Assembly: GCA_002633005.1 (NCBI GenBank)
Contig: NMRA01000267.1
Location: 242,286 to 306,285, forward strand
Origin: Phoronis australis
Taxonomy: Eukaryota; Animalia; Phoronida
DNA length: 64,000 nt
Reading direction: 5' to 3'
Shown here: one piece after another, positions 37,401-50,769 of the stretch
Position numbering within the stretch: position 1 is the stretch's first letter
Layout: each line of letters begins with the position of its first letter
The notes under the pieces: model-generated
Seen by the model: only the letters and a program-made list of their open reading frames with translations
Told to the model about the DNA's origin: nothing
The model's database searches: none
Program-made: the position numbers and the translations under genes

Positions 37401-39773
37401 TGACGTCACCACAGAAACAGAAACAGGAGTTTCTAAGCTGAAAGTTTGAAGGCCTATATGTCTAAATTTAAGAAGTTCGAAGCCACAATTGTGAAAGTTT
37501 TAAATCACTGATGTTTACGAGTCAAATTCTTCATAAGTCTGAAAAGCCACGTTAATAGTGGCAATGTCTTAGTTCCTGCTTTAGTTTGACTCTTGAACAT
37601 TTGGACTTGAGAACTATCTGAACTATGCACTGCTTGTGGAAAGCGACAACGCAAAAATAACAAACAACACAACACAACATAACACTCAAAAGTTAAAATG
37701 CACTCGCTACAGCATCACAAACAGCTAAGCTTGTACTGGTAATACTCGTAGTCTGAATTATAATTTAAGTACCCATTGTGCTGTCGGAAACTGAAACAGT
37801 GAACAAGTAGCACAATAGTTGAATCTAGTGAAATGAAGGACCTTATCCATCCAGGAGTTATATTCATGTAAGTCCGGCAGAAAAGACTTAATTTTGTTCA
37901 AGTAATATTGAATCTATTACAAAATCGACTGACGCTGGAACTTGTCCGCCATATAACTATTTGTCAGACTTAAACATGATCTGCCAATTGGTTTTTGAAA
38001 TAATTTTCACATCACAAGCAAAATTAATGTCAAACGGACGGAATTCTGACTACATACAACCGTAAATGTTTCAGGGTGCATAGAAATTGTGTAGTAACAG
38101 ACAAACAAGTAGAACAAATTCCATGACTATAACCATGTACCTGCTATTCTTATACAAAGGTCGTCCAACCAATGTTTTAAGGACATGGAGTAGTCTCTCG
38201 TTTCAAGCAAAAATGGCTTTCTCTCATGCAAATTTGAGATTGAAAGAGCTGACCTGCAGCCAGGGCTCAGAGGAGACTTGCTGTTCAGAATGTTAAATAT
38301 CTTGTCAATTACCTGCACAAGAACTAACATAGTTTCATACTTTGATTTTTACAATTGACTCAGCATACAGACACTATATACTTATCATTTATTCATTCAC
38401 AGATGAATGTCTTGAGTCATGACGAATTTCAAAAGTTAATCAGTCTAGTATACTTCAAAATCCATTACAAACATGTTATTATTTTGAAATGAGCACCACT
38501 AAATTAAAAAGTAGTTTTGAAAATAAATGCTTTTACCTGCAAAAGTGCTATCCAACAACATCATACTTCTCAAAAGCAGTTGCCACTACAGTAAACAACA
38601 GTTGAGTTGCCAGTGACACTTTCATCTTCTGTTGACAGAACGTGATGTGATTGGACGTCAACTCATTAGCTAGCCTCAATTAGCTTCTTGAGCATCATGA
38701 AGACGGGCAATAAAGTACCAGGAGGTTATCCCACCTCCAACTGTAAACTACCCATACCCGTGTAAGGTAGTCCTCATGAGCTTGATTAAATGGCAAACAT
38801 CAAAAATACGAACAGCAGGTACTCTCCAGCTTCCACATAGACCAACAGCTAAAAACACGAACACTTCCTTGGTCGTGTCTTCAATAACAGTGCCTAAGTT
38901 CACGTACCCGATGAACTTGTAGGATGTACTATCGAAGTCAATGTGACTACAAGTACTCATAGCATCCAACATCAAGCAACACCTGAAGTGAAATCAGGCA
39001 GGGGTTTCCGAGTTTTTTCAACTAAAAATTAAAGAAACACACTCAATAAAAACAAGTTATATTGAACCGTGATACCCGACAAACAAACAAAATGTCAGAG
39101 ACAAATACTGATATACACTGTCGTTAAACGACGTTCTTGGTGGAATCGATGAGTGTTTTTGCACTATCCAACAAGGCTTTGACAAAGACAACAGGCAATG
39201 CTTTGCAGCAGAGAATCGCACGTTCATGAAGTGAGAATTTTTAAAGGTGACGATGAAAAATAAGTGTTCGAGGAAAAGTATTTCGGAGCCATCCGAAGAA
39301 CCTCACAAGGGTTCACCTTCACCTGACAGATGATAAGGCCACTAATGGGATATGTTCGTGTAAAGCTGGGTATTTACCTAACAGATTTCAGGATCTTTCT
39401 AACACAATCAACGAAGATTCTGTTTGCTAAATTCCGCCTAATGAAAAGTATGTCACAACTGGTGGGACTCCCCGAGTAAAGTAGGTCGAGTCGATAGCAC
39501 TGTTTACGCTTTTCTAATCTTCGAACGAAATATTTTGATTAAAAAATCAAGTTCATAGCTCAGGTACACATTCGTCTTGTCCTAGGCAAGCAGTTAGGTC
39601 CGGTAGGTCTAGGGCTGTGTCGTCAACTTAATGCATGAAATTGGCCGTAATTGCACCATTAAGACATCTAAGTTAGGCCTACCTTCTGATGAACTTCGCA
39701 TTCTTTGTAGTTTCATTACATATAAGTAACTTTCAGTTAATTCTTTCAGTTAATTATAAAAGTAGTATAATCA

Positions 39774-41684
39774 AGAAAGACAAGCACAAGTCTATCACCA
39801 GAGGACAGTAAAATTTAACAGATGGACACAAAAAGAAAAGAACTGTACATGAAAGACAACAAAACAGAAAGGGAAAGAATAGAATACAGTGAACGTAACA
39901 AAACAGTGAAAAAAATGAAGAGAAATAGAGCCCGACGAAAAAGAACAAAGATGATAATGGACACAATTGAAAGAGGAAAAGGACCAAAAGAAATCTACAA
40001 GCAAGGGAATAAAAAGAAGATATCAAAATTGCGAAACTCTAACGGAGAAATAACAAATAACAGAGAATAAATACTCAAAATATGTGCCGATTTCAACAAA
40101 GTTTTATATGAGAAAACGATAAATCCATCAAAAAAGATAAGAACCAGGAATCTAGACACAGAACAAGTACCACCTTTCACTGAGGAGGAAGTACAACGTA
40201 CCCTCAGGAAGATGAAGAAAAGAAAAGCACCAGGAAATGATGATATTACAAGCGATATAATTTCGGCAGGAGGACAAGAAACAATCAAATACTTGACAAA
40301 AGCATTCAATGTAATTCTAAGGACCCAAAACATCCCAGAATGCTGGAAAGAAGCAAAAATAATAATATTATTTAAAAAAAGAGACCGAAGTGATATAAAG
40401 AACTACAGACCCATAAGCTTATTAGCCCATACATACAAACTATTCACAAGGCTACTACAAAATAGAATGGAGAAACAACTAGATGAAAATCAACCCCAAG
40501 AACAAGCAGGGCTTAGAAAGAGTTACTGAACAACATACCATCTGCAAGCCCTTGGACAAACAATTGAAAAATGAAACGAATTTAACCTGCCACTGTGTGT
40601 TGGTTTCATAGACTATGAAAAAGCTTTTGATTTAATTGAACATTTTGCCATCATTGAAGCCCTAAAACATCAACATAATTGAAACATATGTAAAACTGCT
40701 GCAAAATATATATACAGATGCCACCGACAGAATACGCATCGACAACCACATCTCTGAAAGATTCAACATAGAGAGAGGAGTTCGACAGGGAGACCCAATT
40801 TCACCTAAACTGTTTACACTGACAATGGAAGAGATCTTCAAATCTTCAGACCTTCAAAGGGGAGTAAACATAGACGGAGAACATCTAACAGACCTAAGAT
40901 TTGCAGATGATGTTGCTTTGTGCACAGAAGACATACCACAATTATAAACAAATTTAAATATAATGAATGAAGAAAGCAACGATGTGGGATTAAATATACA
41001 CAAGGACAAGACAAAGTACATGAAAAATTTTGAAACAGATGAACAAGTAACGGTGGAGAACAAGATCATTGAAAAAGTCACAAAATATAAATACCTGGGA
41101 CAAACTATATCAATTTGGAACCGTATGACCAATGAAATACAAATCCGAATAAGAGCTGGATGGAGTTGCTTTGGAAAAAACAGAGAAATATTCCAAGATA
41201 AGAACATACCCATATCCCTGAAAAGAAAAGTATTTGACCAGTGCATCATCCCCACAATCACCTATGGATGCCAAACATGGACCTTAACAAAACAGACAGT
41301 TGCCAAGCTAAGAACAACACATAGAGCAATGGAGAGAAAAATGCTTGGAATAAAATTACTAGACAGGATTCCACACAGAGATAAGAGAACAAACAAGAGT
41401 CATGGACAAAATCAAGACAATTCTGAAATTGAAATGGAGGTGGGCGGACACGTGGCCAGAGCACAGGACAACAGGTGGACAAAAAGATGTACAGAATGGC
41501 AACCCAGATATGGAAAGAGATCAAGAGGACGGCCTCAAGCCAGATGGAGAGATGACATCGTGAAAACGATAGGCACAACATGGATGAGAGCAGCAAGAGA
41601 CAGAACAAGTTGGAAGGCATTGTCGGAGGGCTACATCCTGCAGTGGATGGACAACGCCTAGATGAGATGAGATGAGATGAGATG
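39774..41684 (+). mobile_element. RTE-clade LINE, 5'-truncated, with (GATGA)n tail
   Basis: KAPGNDDIT, NYRPISLL, FIDYEKAFD, GVRQGDPISP, LRFADD, EGYILQWMDNA*; a few stops and frameshifts; (GATGA)5 tail; candidate TSD agtataatca (39764) / agtatgatca (41685). Confidence 0.92.
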
Positions 41685-42815
41685 AGTATGATCACTAAGC
41701 TGTGGTGTGATTACAAAAGATGACAAGTTTAGCGTAGTGGCAAAACATAGGTATTTACAAAAACATTCAAATTCTTTTTTAAAGCTTGATAAACCTAAAT
41801 ATCATGTTTGAACAATTTCAAAATGAGCTCTCTAACGCTACAGACAAAGTGCATACTAGAGGTTCTCGTCAAAAAGTAATTCAACTGTTTATTTTTTCGT
41901 GACCACAGCTCGAACAAGGTTTTGAGATCAGTAATCGAGTGCCTCTCCCTGTGCCGATCGAATCTCTCAATTTTGGAGAGAAGTTCGGTTGAACGCCAGT
42001 CTACGGGTATATGAATAACAAAATGTACCTCGGCTACGAAACAAAACGACGCCCTTTAGTTCGAAATAAGTGAACAATAATAAAAATACCCTTAAAAATA
42101 AGAATTTCCAAGGACTACCGCTAGACTAGTGCTGCAATCCAGCAGGTGCCACGACAAAGGCGGACAGACGAGTGAAACACCGGAGCCAAAAACAGATTAG
42201 CCTACACTATAGCCACCAAACTGAAAAGTGCGTATCTTGGAACAAATAAATTTGAGTTTAAACTTCGAGCAATCAAGAAACATTGCCAAGTTCAGCTGCT
42301 CGTGTGGCCGTTCACGCAGTTTGATCCATAGTTTACACCTTTAGACACCAGTTTTTGGCTAAGGAGATGTCAAAAAATGACAGATATTCTTTTCGACTAC
42401 TGGAATTACACACGCCATATCAACACCGTTTCGTCATTCTCATTGCACAATTTCTTGAGCTATAGACTTAAGTAACTTTTAAAAGACAACGTGTTGTTTG
42501 TCGTGTAAAATCGCGGCTTGGTAACGCAGACGAAAGTGTGTCAAGAATGCTGCGTTCTGATTGCTCAGTTAAGCCATCTGTCATAATCCTGGCGATTGGC
42601 CACTTGCACTAACCGCCTGATCACGTGAGCAATTATACAGCAATGTTACAAAGATAACGCTAAGTTTCGGAAGAATTTATTGTGTGTGTGTGTCATAAAG
42701 AAATTCAGTTGTATATTGTTTGGTCTCCAGATAAACAAGTGTGATATCTTCCCCATGAGTAATCATCTTTACGGAAATAAGTTTTGTAGAAAACAACGAC
42801 GGTTCGACTTACTCG

Positions 42816-43766
42816 ATGGAATCGCACAACAACACTGCCTTTCCCTGGTATCTCGCAAATGACGTTCCGGAGGTTGTTCCTTATGTGTTTTCTGTCATTG
42901 ACTTGGTCATTGCGGCAGTAACGATTATAGGAAACGCTATCGTAGGTTGGCTGTTTTTTACCGATCACCAGGTTCGAGCAGAAAACATCAGCATCTTTGT
43001 GGTTGCTTTGGCCCAAACGGACTTCGTGATTGGTTGTTCAGTAGTTCTTAGCGCGTTCAGAAGTCACCTTGTGCCTCTTCATTGGCGGTCGCTACCAGTC
43101 GAGGACATTTCAAGTCCAGCCGCATGCAAAGTAATGATGTATCCCACACTTTATGCGTTCACAGCCACGAACTACATGCTAACAATGTTGGCTGTAGATC
43201 GGTTCATCTTCATCAAATTCCCGCTGCGGTATAAATTCCTGATGACCAGATGCGTTTACGTAAATGTAGTCGTGGCTGGTTTACTGCTTGCGTTAACAAT
43301 ACCTGCTATCTTGTTAGCTACATCGTCAAAGGACATACTGGAACAGAGGTGCCTTTTTGAAACCATAATTTCAACCAAAGCTGCTCGAGAGATTTATTTC
43401 ATTTTGACAGTATACATACCGATGGCATTAATAGTAACTTTTCACTCTTACGTCGCCATTATGGCCTACAAACAGCGCAACAAAATAAACTCGTCGGATG
43501 TTTCCCAGTCGCTGAAGGGTCAATTCAAGATAACAAAAGTCATGCTGCAGTTTGTGTTGTTCTTCATACTGTGCAACATACCAATCACCATACTTACACG
43601 CATTGTGCGATTCCCGTCAGACAAAAAACCGGTGTGGTTTGTGGTTTTAAGATTTTCTGTTGTTGACATTTTGGCTTGCAATTCCATGTTAAATCCATTT
43701 TTCTACGCTTTTAAGATAGACGTATTCGGTAAAGCATTTGCCAAATTTATGTCGTGCAAAAAGTAA
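42816..43766 (+). CDS. Intronless class A (rhodopsin-like) 7TM GPCR, orphan
   Basis: Intact 316-aa ORF with seven hydrophobic segments, GN (TM1), LAxxD (TM2), LAVDRF..I..PLRY (TM3/ICL2), FILCNIP (TM6), NSMLNPFFY (TM7) and an N-glycosylation sequon (NNT) near the N-terminus. Confidence 0.93.
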   Translation: MESHNNTAFPWYLANDVPEVVPYVFSVIDLVIAAVTIIGNAIVGWLFFTDHQVRAENISIFVVALAQTDFVIGCSVVLSAFRSHLVPLHWRSLPVEDISSPAACKVMMYPTLYAFTATNYMLTMLAVDRFIFIKFPLRYKFLMTRCVYVNVVVAGLLLALTIPAILLATSSKDILEQRCLFETIISTKAAREIYFILTVYIPMALIVTFHSYVAIMAYKQRNKINSSDVSQSLKGQFKITKVMLQFVLFFILCNIPITILTRIVRFPSDKKPVWFVVLRFSVVDILACNSMLNPFFYAFKIDVFGKAFAKFMSCKK

Positions 43767-44355
43767 AGTGACTTATAGATAACAGTACATACAAAATGAT
43801 TGCAAATCCATGTAAGCATTTCTCGGAGACGGTAGCCTGTCTCAGTCATGTTTGAAAGTTTACTTTTGTCATATTACCACCGTGGTGTCATGTTACCAAA
43901 GCTCAAATCAGTCTTTGCTCGCAAAGATGTCCCTTACACCGGTAATGATACTATCGAATGTTTTTTGGAAATGTGGTCCCCGTTATGGAGTCAAAATCTT
44001 ACCCCTCAATGAAAGGGTACTGCTAAAAATCACTGATAAGACGGACGTCAAGGTTTACTTTCCACCGGTATTCAGTCATTTTAAAAACACCGGACCATCA
44101 TGCAGAAGCCATACTCTCTCATGTCAAGACAATACAGTTCTGCCACCAAAATCGTAGGTAGGGCCGGGCAGTGATTTCATGTTGTGATCAAATGATATTA
44201 TAACGATAATGTCAAAACTGAAAATAATTTAACGGTACCCTAATTCTGATTTTACTCTGGCTGGCACCGTATACCCCTTAATTAGTGATATTGCCTCGAT
44301 TCTGGTTTAACATTTAATGTTACCCACTTATCTTGGGGTCATCAATCAAGTTTAA

Positions 44356-46421
44356 AGGAGAATGCCACCCGATTTAGTCTTTTTTACCGTATTAATCTGT
44401 CTATATCGACATCACCTCCTATACGGTCGATCTTACCTCGCCGAGAGGTGTAAGGACGATAAGAATCGACGTAGCGACGTCAGTGGTTCTCCCGAAGAGT
44501 GAGTACCGCTATGGTGTGTTGTATCGTTCCCGCTTGTGCAAACCGTATGAGGCTTCGAGGAAAGCGGGTATATCGTTTTTTAGATTTCCTCGAGAGCCCG
44601 TAATGCTTCGGAAGTGGCTCGCAGTAGTAAAGAATGGCATGTACCGACACCGTTAACGCCAAATATGAGGCCTTGAAACATCTCCGTGTCTGTCGAAAGG
44701 GATGGTTTCACTGACGAAGGCCGGCTTACCAAACAGCTCATGCCAGGGCAGAAAAAGAGACCGAGGCTGTGCCTAGTGTCTTTGCGTTCGACAGGCACGA
44801 GATAAAGAAACCCGGATCAGTTGTTGATCAGGTTTTGATTATGGAGAATTGTAGTTGGCCCCAATTAATTCAAGTTATGCAAACATAACGTTTTATATAA
44901 GCTGTTTGTTGACTTACTCGTTCGTCAGGCTTCTGTTTGGCCGTCTGGGTGTAGGACGTTTTCGCCAGACCTTTTTCCCAGCTCTAAAAAACGTCGCAAA
45001 CACACCTCTGCAGTTAAGATGCTGCGTAAAATCAGGATGGTCGATCCGTGAGGCACATCTGTGCATCTCCAAGAAGGCATTTTACTCGCGGAATTTTGTG
45101 CCAACAAACGCAAGCATCAGTTGTTTCCATTATTATGCAGTTTTCGCACTAACACCAAGACAAGTCATTCAAGCGGTTTTCGGAATTATCCGTATGTCCC
45201 GTTGTCTGTGCACGTTCGCGGCGCCTCTAGCATTTCTTGATCAGTGTATTCCGGTTCGAAATGATAACCTGTGAAACCAAATGATGGACCTGTGAAGTCT
45301 TCGTCGGATGAGCACTCGTCTTGGGTCAGGATTACGAGTTGCCATGTTGACGCTTATTACCGTGCGTTCTGTTTCAAAAGGAATTATTCTCACCCTAACC
45401 AATGCTTATATAAAACTGAAACAAAGTCTGTCTCATTAGATACAATTTATAATGCCTTTACAGTGTTCGTGAATGTAAGTGTTTTGAGAAGCCAGCAATA
45501 AATAAATCACTGCGTTACCGGCTTTAGATGAAATAAAGCTAATTGACCGGGCACCGAGGCCGTGTGAGCGCATGATGATTCAGTGTTTGCTGACAGAAAG
45601 CTGTTGTGAAACAGTAACACGATTTTATATCCTATGGTCAGATGTTAGGGGAATCTTTTTTTTAGATATACATCTACATTATTCGAATCATTGTTACTGT
45701 ACGACTTTTGCCTGACCGTTCTTTGGAAGGGGAACCTGACTTCACGGCCCCCGACAAGTAAGTAGATTTGCAGTTTCGCGGCTAATTCACCAAAATAATG
45801 TGTAGATTATTTTTTGACTCACTAGTATAGTCTTTTCGTGACTGGAAATTTAGTTTCCAACTTTGGCTGATTTATGTTCGTGATGTTTTCAATCCGGCCG
45901 CGACGGGCCTGATCGGTCTCCGTGCCACTGTCGGGGATAACAAGCGTTCTGTGTGTTTAAAACTGAAAAGAAATCGCAAGTCTAAAGTTACAACACACAG
46001 CTATACTCCCCTGTCTGTATTTCACTGAAAAATAATTCGACTTTGTCACCGAATAGACCACAAACACCCACGATGGACCTTGGTAAATTGGCCTACCGAA
46101 CTTTGTAGGCTACGGTACGTTCACATACCTATAAATCCGTAGCAGCGGAATAAAACAACACGTTTGTTCAAGAACTCGATGTATTTGTTGGGGTTTTACA
46201 TCGAATTTTGATGATGTATTGGTGTAAAACGATGAATTCACCAGTAAGCGTGCTATGAACTGCTGAACAGACTGCGTTCGAACCTGTGACATCATTGGTT
46301 AATTTCAACACCTCTGTCCACCGTCTGGTGCCAGGTAAAAGAACTGTACTTGCTGTTATCGAGTGGAACTACTCGATATAAATTGATACAAAATAGGTTG
46401 TTTTTTGGGTGGCATTTTCCT
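44356..46421 (+). mobile_element. Kolobok-type non-autonomous transposon with THAP remnant, copy 1
   Basis: ttaa|AGGAGAATGCCACCC ... GGGTGGCATTTTCCT|ttaa; frameshifted THAP MVCCIVPAC..GISFFRFPREP..RKWL..KHLRVC at ~44511-44700. Confidence 0.85.
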
Positions 46422-47302
46422 TTAAATATGTCTTTCAAGGAATCATGTAGTACACTTGCCAGTTTGTGTGGACATGTAAAGATGACTGATTTTTTTAGGC
46501 CAGGAACTCTTTGCAGGTACCTAAACGAAATGGACCTTACCTAAACATGTTGCGTGGAATAATTTAAGTTGAAAAAATATTACCCCCTCAATTTTCTGTG
46601 TCGAGGTAAAGTTGATTTACGGGTTGATACACCAAACAATCTCAATCAAAGTTTTCATTACCCATAAGATTATTGGTTAGTAGTGAAACATGCTCATACA
46701 AACTTTCATTTATTGAGAAGTTAGTAAATATTTTAGCACAATTTTATAACTGGATAAAATATGAGCCGAAAACCTAGCATAAATGGAGTCACAACTGGAA
46801 GTCGTAATCATTTTTGTAAAAAGTCAAAGCAAAATCGCTTTCAATGAGTCTTGAACACAAAAACAGATGTTCCTTGACTTGATGAACTGTGAGAACCCAA
46901 AAGCTAGCATGACGTTTCATAAAAGGCAGATATATTGTGGAAAACATAAGAATTGTATATGATGTAATTCAATTTTTAGACTGTAAACCCTTTCCCGGAC
47001 TCCTCTTCATGATCGATTTTGAAAAAGCTTTCAACTCAGTTTCCTGGTACTTCATGCTCAAGGATTGGTCATACTTTACATTTGGCCCAAGGTTCATTGA
47101 CGCGGTCAAGACTCTCTACAACAAATCTCGTCCTTGTGTTCTCCAACATAGATTTTTCTCCTTACCTTTTTGTATTATATGTAGAAATATTAATTCGACG
47201 AGATGGTAGCATCTCTGGGGTAAGGATAGGTGTTCCTGAGTTCAAACTGATCCAGTACGCTAACGACACTTGTTTAATTTTGGACGGCTCTGAATTATCT
47301 TT

Positions 47303-50300
47303 TTTATTAATGTTTATTATGAAATCTTCAGACTACAATGAATATACATAACCTAGAAAGCGCCAAGAGGCATTATATCTGGGATAAAAAATACAAAGAA
47401 GTCTATATACAATTATTATACACAAATACATAAATTAAAAAAACTGATGTTAAGAATACAATGATATATGATTACGAATGTAAATAAATCATTTTCATAC
47501 CCATGTATGCAATTCTATCCTCTCATACAAAGAGATTTAATATTGTAAAGAAATTTTGATACTATTTCGAATAAAACCTTATTTTCATTAGGGTTGAGTT
47601 CTTGACATCCATATAGAAAAAAATTATTTTGTTGTGCAATTGCGGAATTTCAGAATATTTTATGTAAACATTGGGGTATTGTTGGAGTGTCTGGAAAAGC
47701 TGTACCCTCTGCTCGTTGCATACCTCACAAGCAAAGAAGAGATGAGCATTTGTCTGGGTGTCTCCACAAGAACACAGAGGCACAATATTATTAAAATTAT
47801 GTCAAAATTTCTCTTTGTTTAGGAATAGACTGCATCTTGATCTGTATAGGGTTATTTCATGGTTGCGAGGAAGTTGAAATGATCTAAATGGGACTGGCAA
47901 GTCTTGAGTAGTGGTATACACTTTAAAGTTATTTTTGAGAGTGACAATTCAAGTGCTTTCTTTTATTTTGGATGGTAAGGAATTCCAGTTGTCAATACAA
48001 GTTAATATAGTTGACCTCTTGAAAGCTTGGTTGAGGGAAGATGGAATAGTGTGCATATTACTTTGCCGCAGTCCTGGTCTCGTCCTGGTCTTTTGTAGGA
48101 ATCAAAGAGGATTTTGTTTGAACAATTGTTTATTTTGGTATTTATGTATACATGGACAGACGGAGTTTACGACGGGTTGCTAGTTTGCTCCAGTTGAGAC
48201 TATTTGGACCATTGATTGTGTTGGACCCTTTGTATGCCCCTGTTATGGCTAAAGCTGCTTGGTATTATAGTCTTTCAAATTGAAGAAGTATGCCAGCGTT
48301 TGCCGATTGGTAGATTATGTCACAGTAATCTAGATGTCGAAGTACAAAAGGCTTGAACAGAGTTTCAAGATGCATGGAGTTGAGATGACGAGCGACAATT
48401 CTAACTGGATTAATTAATTTTTGTACTTTATGAACGAGTTCGTTACAATGAGGAGTAAATGCAAGCCAAGGTGTACTTATTAGGAATAACTTCCCCCATT
48501 AAGTGATAATTCCAGCATTGGATTTGTTTGGAAATGAATATTAATAGACTTAGAAAATATAAGATCGTCACTTTTTCCGGTTTAAATGTCATCTTCCATT
48601 TGTAAGACCAGTCATAGAGTTTGTTTAGGTCAGTTTGCAATTGTAAGGAGTCATGGGGATGCTCTTTTAAGAATGGGCAGAAAATTGCAGGGTCATCAGC
48701 ATATAAGAATGTTTTAGAATTTATTGTGTCTGGAAGATCATTGATGTACAGTAAAAAGAGTAAGGGACCTAGTACGCTACCCTGTGGTACTCCAGCATTT
48801 ACGAAACCTGGCGTTGATGAAGGTGATAAGACACTCTCAATACGGACTTTGTTAGTTCGATTTTCCAGATGTGATTTAAAAGTAAGAGCAGAGTGCCTTA
48901 GAAACCGTATGATTGCAATTTACGTAGAAGCAGGTCATGGGGAACGAGATCAAAAGCTGACGCAATGTCTAAAAATACGGATCTCACGTTGTACCCTTGC
49001 TAAAACTGGAGGTAGATTTCCCGTACAATTTCTGTAAGTTGGGACACAGTGCTGTTACTAGGCACGAATCGAAATTGGCTACGATATATGAGGTTTTGTG
49101 AAGAGAGGTGGTGAAACATGTGTTGAGAAATGCTTTTTTTAAATTTTGGATAAGGTGTTATGGGCCGATAGTTGGCAATGTCTGTGTTGGAGTCCCTTTT
49201 GTGTATTGGTATCATAACGCCAAGCTTCCAGTTCAAAGGAAGTTTTCCAGATTGTAATATTTTGTTATATAATGTTGTCAGAGTAACTGTGAGCTCTCTT
49301 GCTATTATCTTGATCATTATACTGGTTATGAGATTGGTGCCGTCGTTTTTGTTTTCGTCAATGTTCTCTGGTAGTTTTCTGACTTCAGTTGGTTGGGCTT
49401 GTATGTCAGAGAGGTGTTCTAATGTTCTGTTTGGGAATTCGGGAAAGTTTGTTGTTGGTGCAATGTGACTCTTTGCGGTGAAGTAGTCTAGAAATAACTT
49501 ACTTTTATCAACTTTGGATGACGCCTGGGAGTTGGATTCCTTTGAGTGGATGGTGGAGTATGATGATTTCTTTACCTGTCCTCGAATTTTGTTTACTATA
49601 TCCCAATATTCCTTAGATTTTTGGAGACATTTTTGATGTTGGAGATAATTTTCATCTTATAGTCTTCTTTTGTTTTTTTAATTAGTTCTTCCACACTCTT
49701 GCACTGTTCTTTGTAGCACTTAAACGTGCACGGGTTATTTGATTTTCTGAACGATCTGTACAGTTTATTTCTTTTATTTTTTTCAGACTTAATGTTATTG
49801 TTAAACCACGGTTTGTTCTTGTTTTTTTATTGTTTTCATGGTTGATGGGATGTTATAATTTAGTATGTTGTAGAGTGACTGTGTGAATATTGAGACTGCG
49901 TCATCTATGTTACTTTTGTTAAGTATTTCAGTCCAGTTAAATGTGGTTATGTCAGTGCGCAGTTTGTCCATGTTAATGAGGTTGTAATTCCAGATCTTTT
50001 TCATAATGTTTGGTTCTTTAGATGCGCAGTTGAGTGGTCTGAGTTACCAATGGGAGGCCTTACAGAAGTGGATTTAATGAATCCGAGATTGTTTGTAATA
50101 CAGAAATCAAGGCAAGAATGTGAGTACTCAGTTAGACGTGTCGGCTCGTTTATTACTTGTACACAGTCATTTGAGAGGAGAATATCGAATAATTCGAGAC
50201 CGGCTTGGATGTCATTGTCTTTTGAGTACCAAGTACTATTTCTTGAGTTGAAATCCTCGTTGATAACAATCGTTTTATTACTTTGTGAGAGTTCTTGCAA

Positions 50301-50769
50301 TTTTTCCGAAAAGGTCTTGAAATATGCTTTCCTTTCACGGGACGTCTGTGAGGGTGAGCGATAGAAAAAAACCATAATATACCTTCTTGTGGTTGACATA
50401 AAGTTCAATCCACCAGTTATTCATTGATTGTATGATTTTATTATCAATTGTTTTGTAATTTACGGAGTTGTGGACAAACAAGATCAACCCCTCCCGGCGT
50501 TAGTGTGGTAGGCAATGATGTATTCTGGAATAATAAGTACACTGAGGTTGTCTTCGGACAGTGTTCCGAATTCACATATGGCTATGACCATGTAATTGTT
50601 GTCTGTAATAAATTGCTTGAGAAGAGCAAATGTTGAAAGATTCTGAATAAGACCTTGAAGCTGGCTGAACCCTGATTGTCTGGTCCTAGATTGACATCTA
50701 TGTCACCAGCAGTCAAAAGGCTTTGCTCAATGATAACTCTGATATATCACAACATTAGTTCTTCCTAGT
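47303..50769 (-). mobile_element. CR1/L2-group LINE (2A-like motif, APE endonuclease, RT, C-terminal Cys/His), decayed
   Basis: FYRSP, DFNS, INEPTR, IGNSDH (APE); [30 protein letters not shown] (RT); CSCG..HLFFAC. Imperfect TSD tctgaa(tta)tcttt. Confidence 0.9.

Larger units (their letters stand above)
30327..38990 (-). pseudogene. P-element/THAP9-type transposase pseudogene, split by nested insertions
   Basis: Colinear minus-strand pieces: LMLDAMS..GYVNLG..EVFVFLAVGL (38975), FDVCHLIKLMR, QQKMKVSLATQL (~38630), IDKIFNILNSK (38310), GDWNNNPYAKTF (35240), VRKLLKFLVSSTCRES (31150), LLHLKQKGGLVMPS (30490). Confidence 0.8.

Noticed and set aside
37065-37449. Plus-strand ORFs overlapping the RNase H fragment
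   Set aside because: No recognisable motifs; opposite strand of a TE coding region.
39754-41695. Hydrophobic minus-strand ORFs (39754-40026, 39995-40333, 40854-41261, 41258-41695)
   Set aside because: Antisense shadows of the A-rich RTE ORF.
42590-42630. CCAAT box and E-box (tcacgtga) as GPCR promoter
   Set aside because: Short motifs are expected by chance, and there is no TSS evidence.
44855-45274. 139-aa ORF inside the Kolobok-type element
   Set aside because: Non-ATG start, no motifs, and largely missing from the second copy.
48621-50364. Plus-strand ORFs 48621-49037, 49172-49468 and 50050-50364
   Set aside because: Antisense shadows of the CR1/L2 RT and endonuclease.
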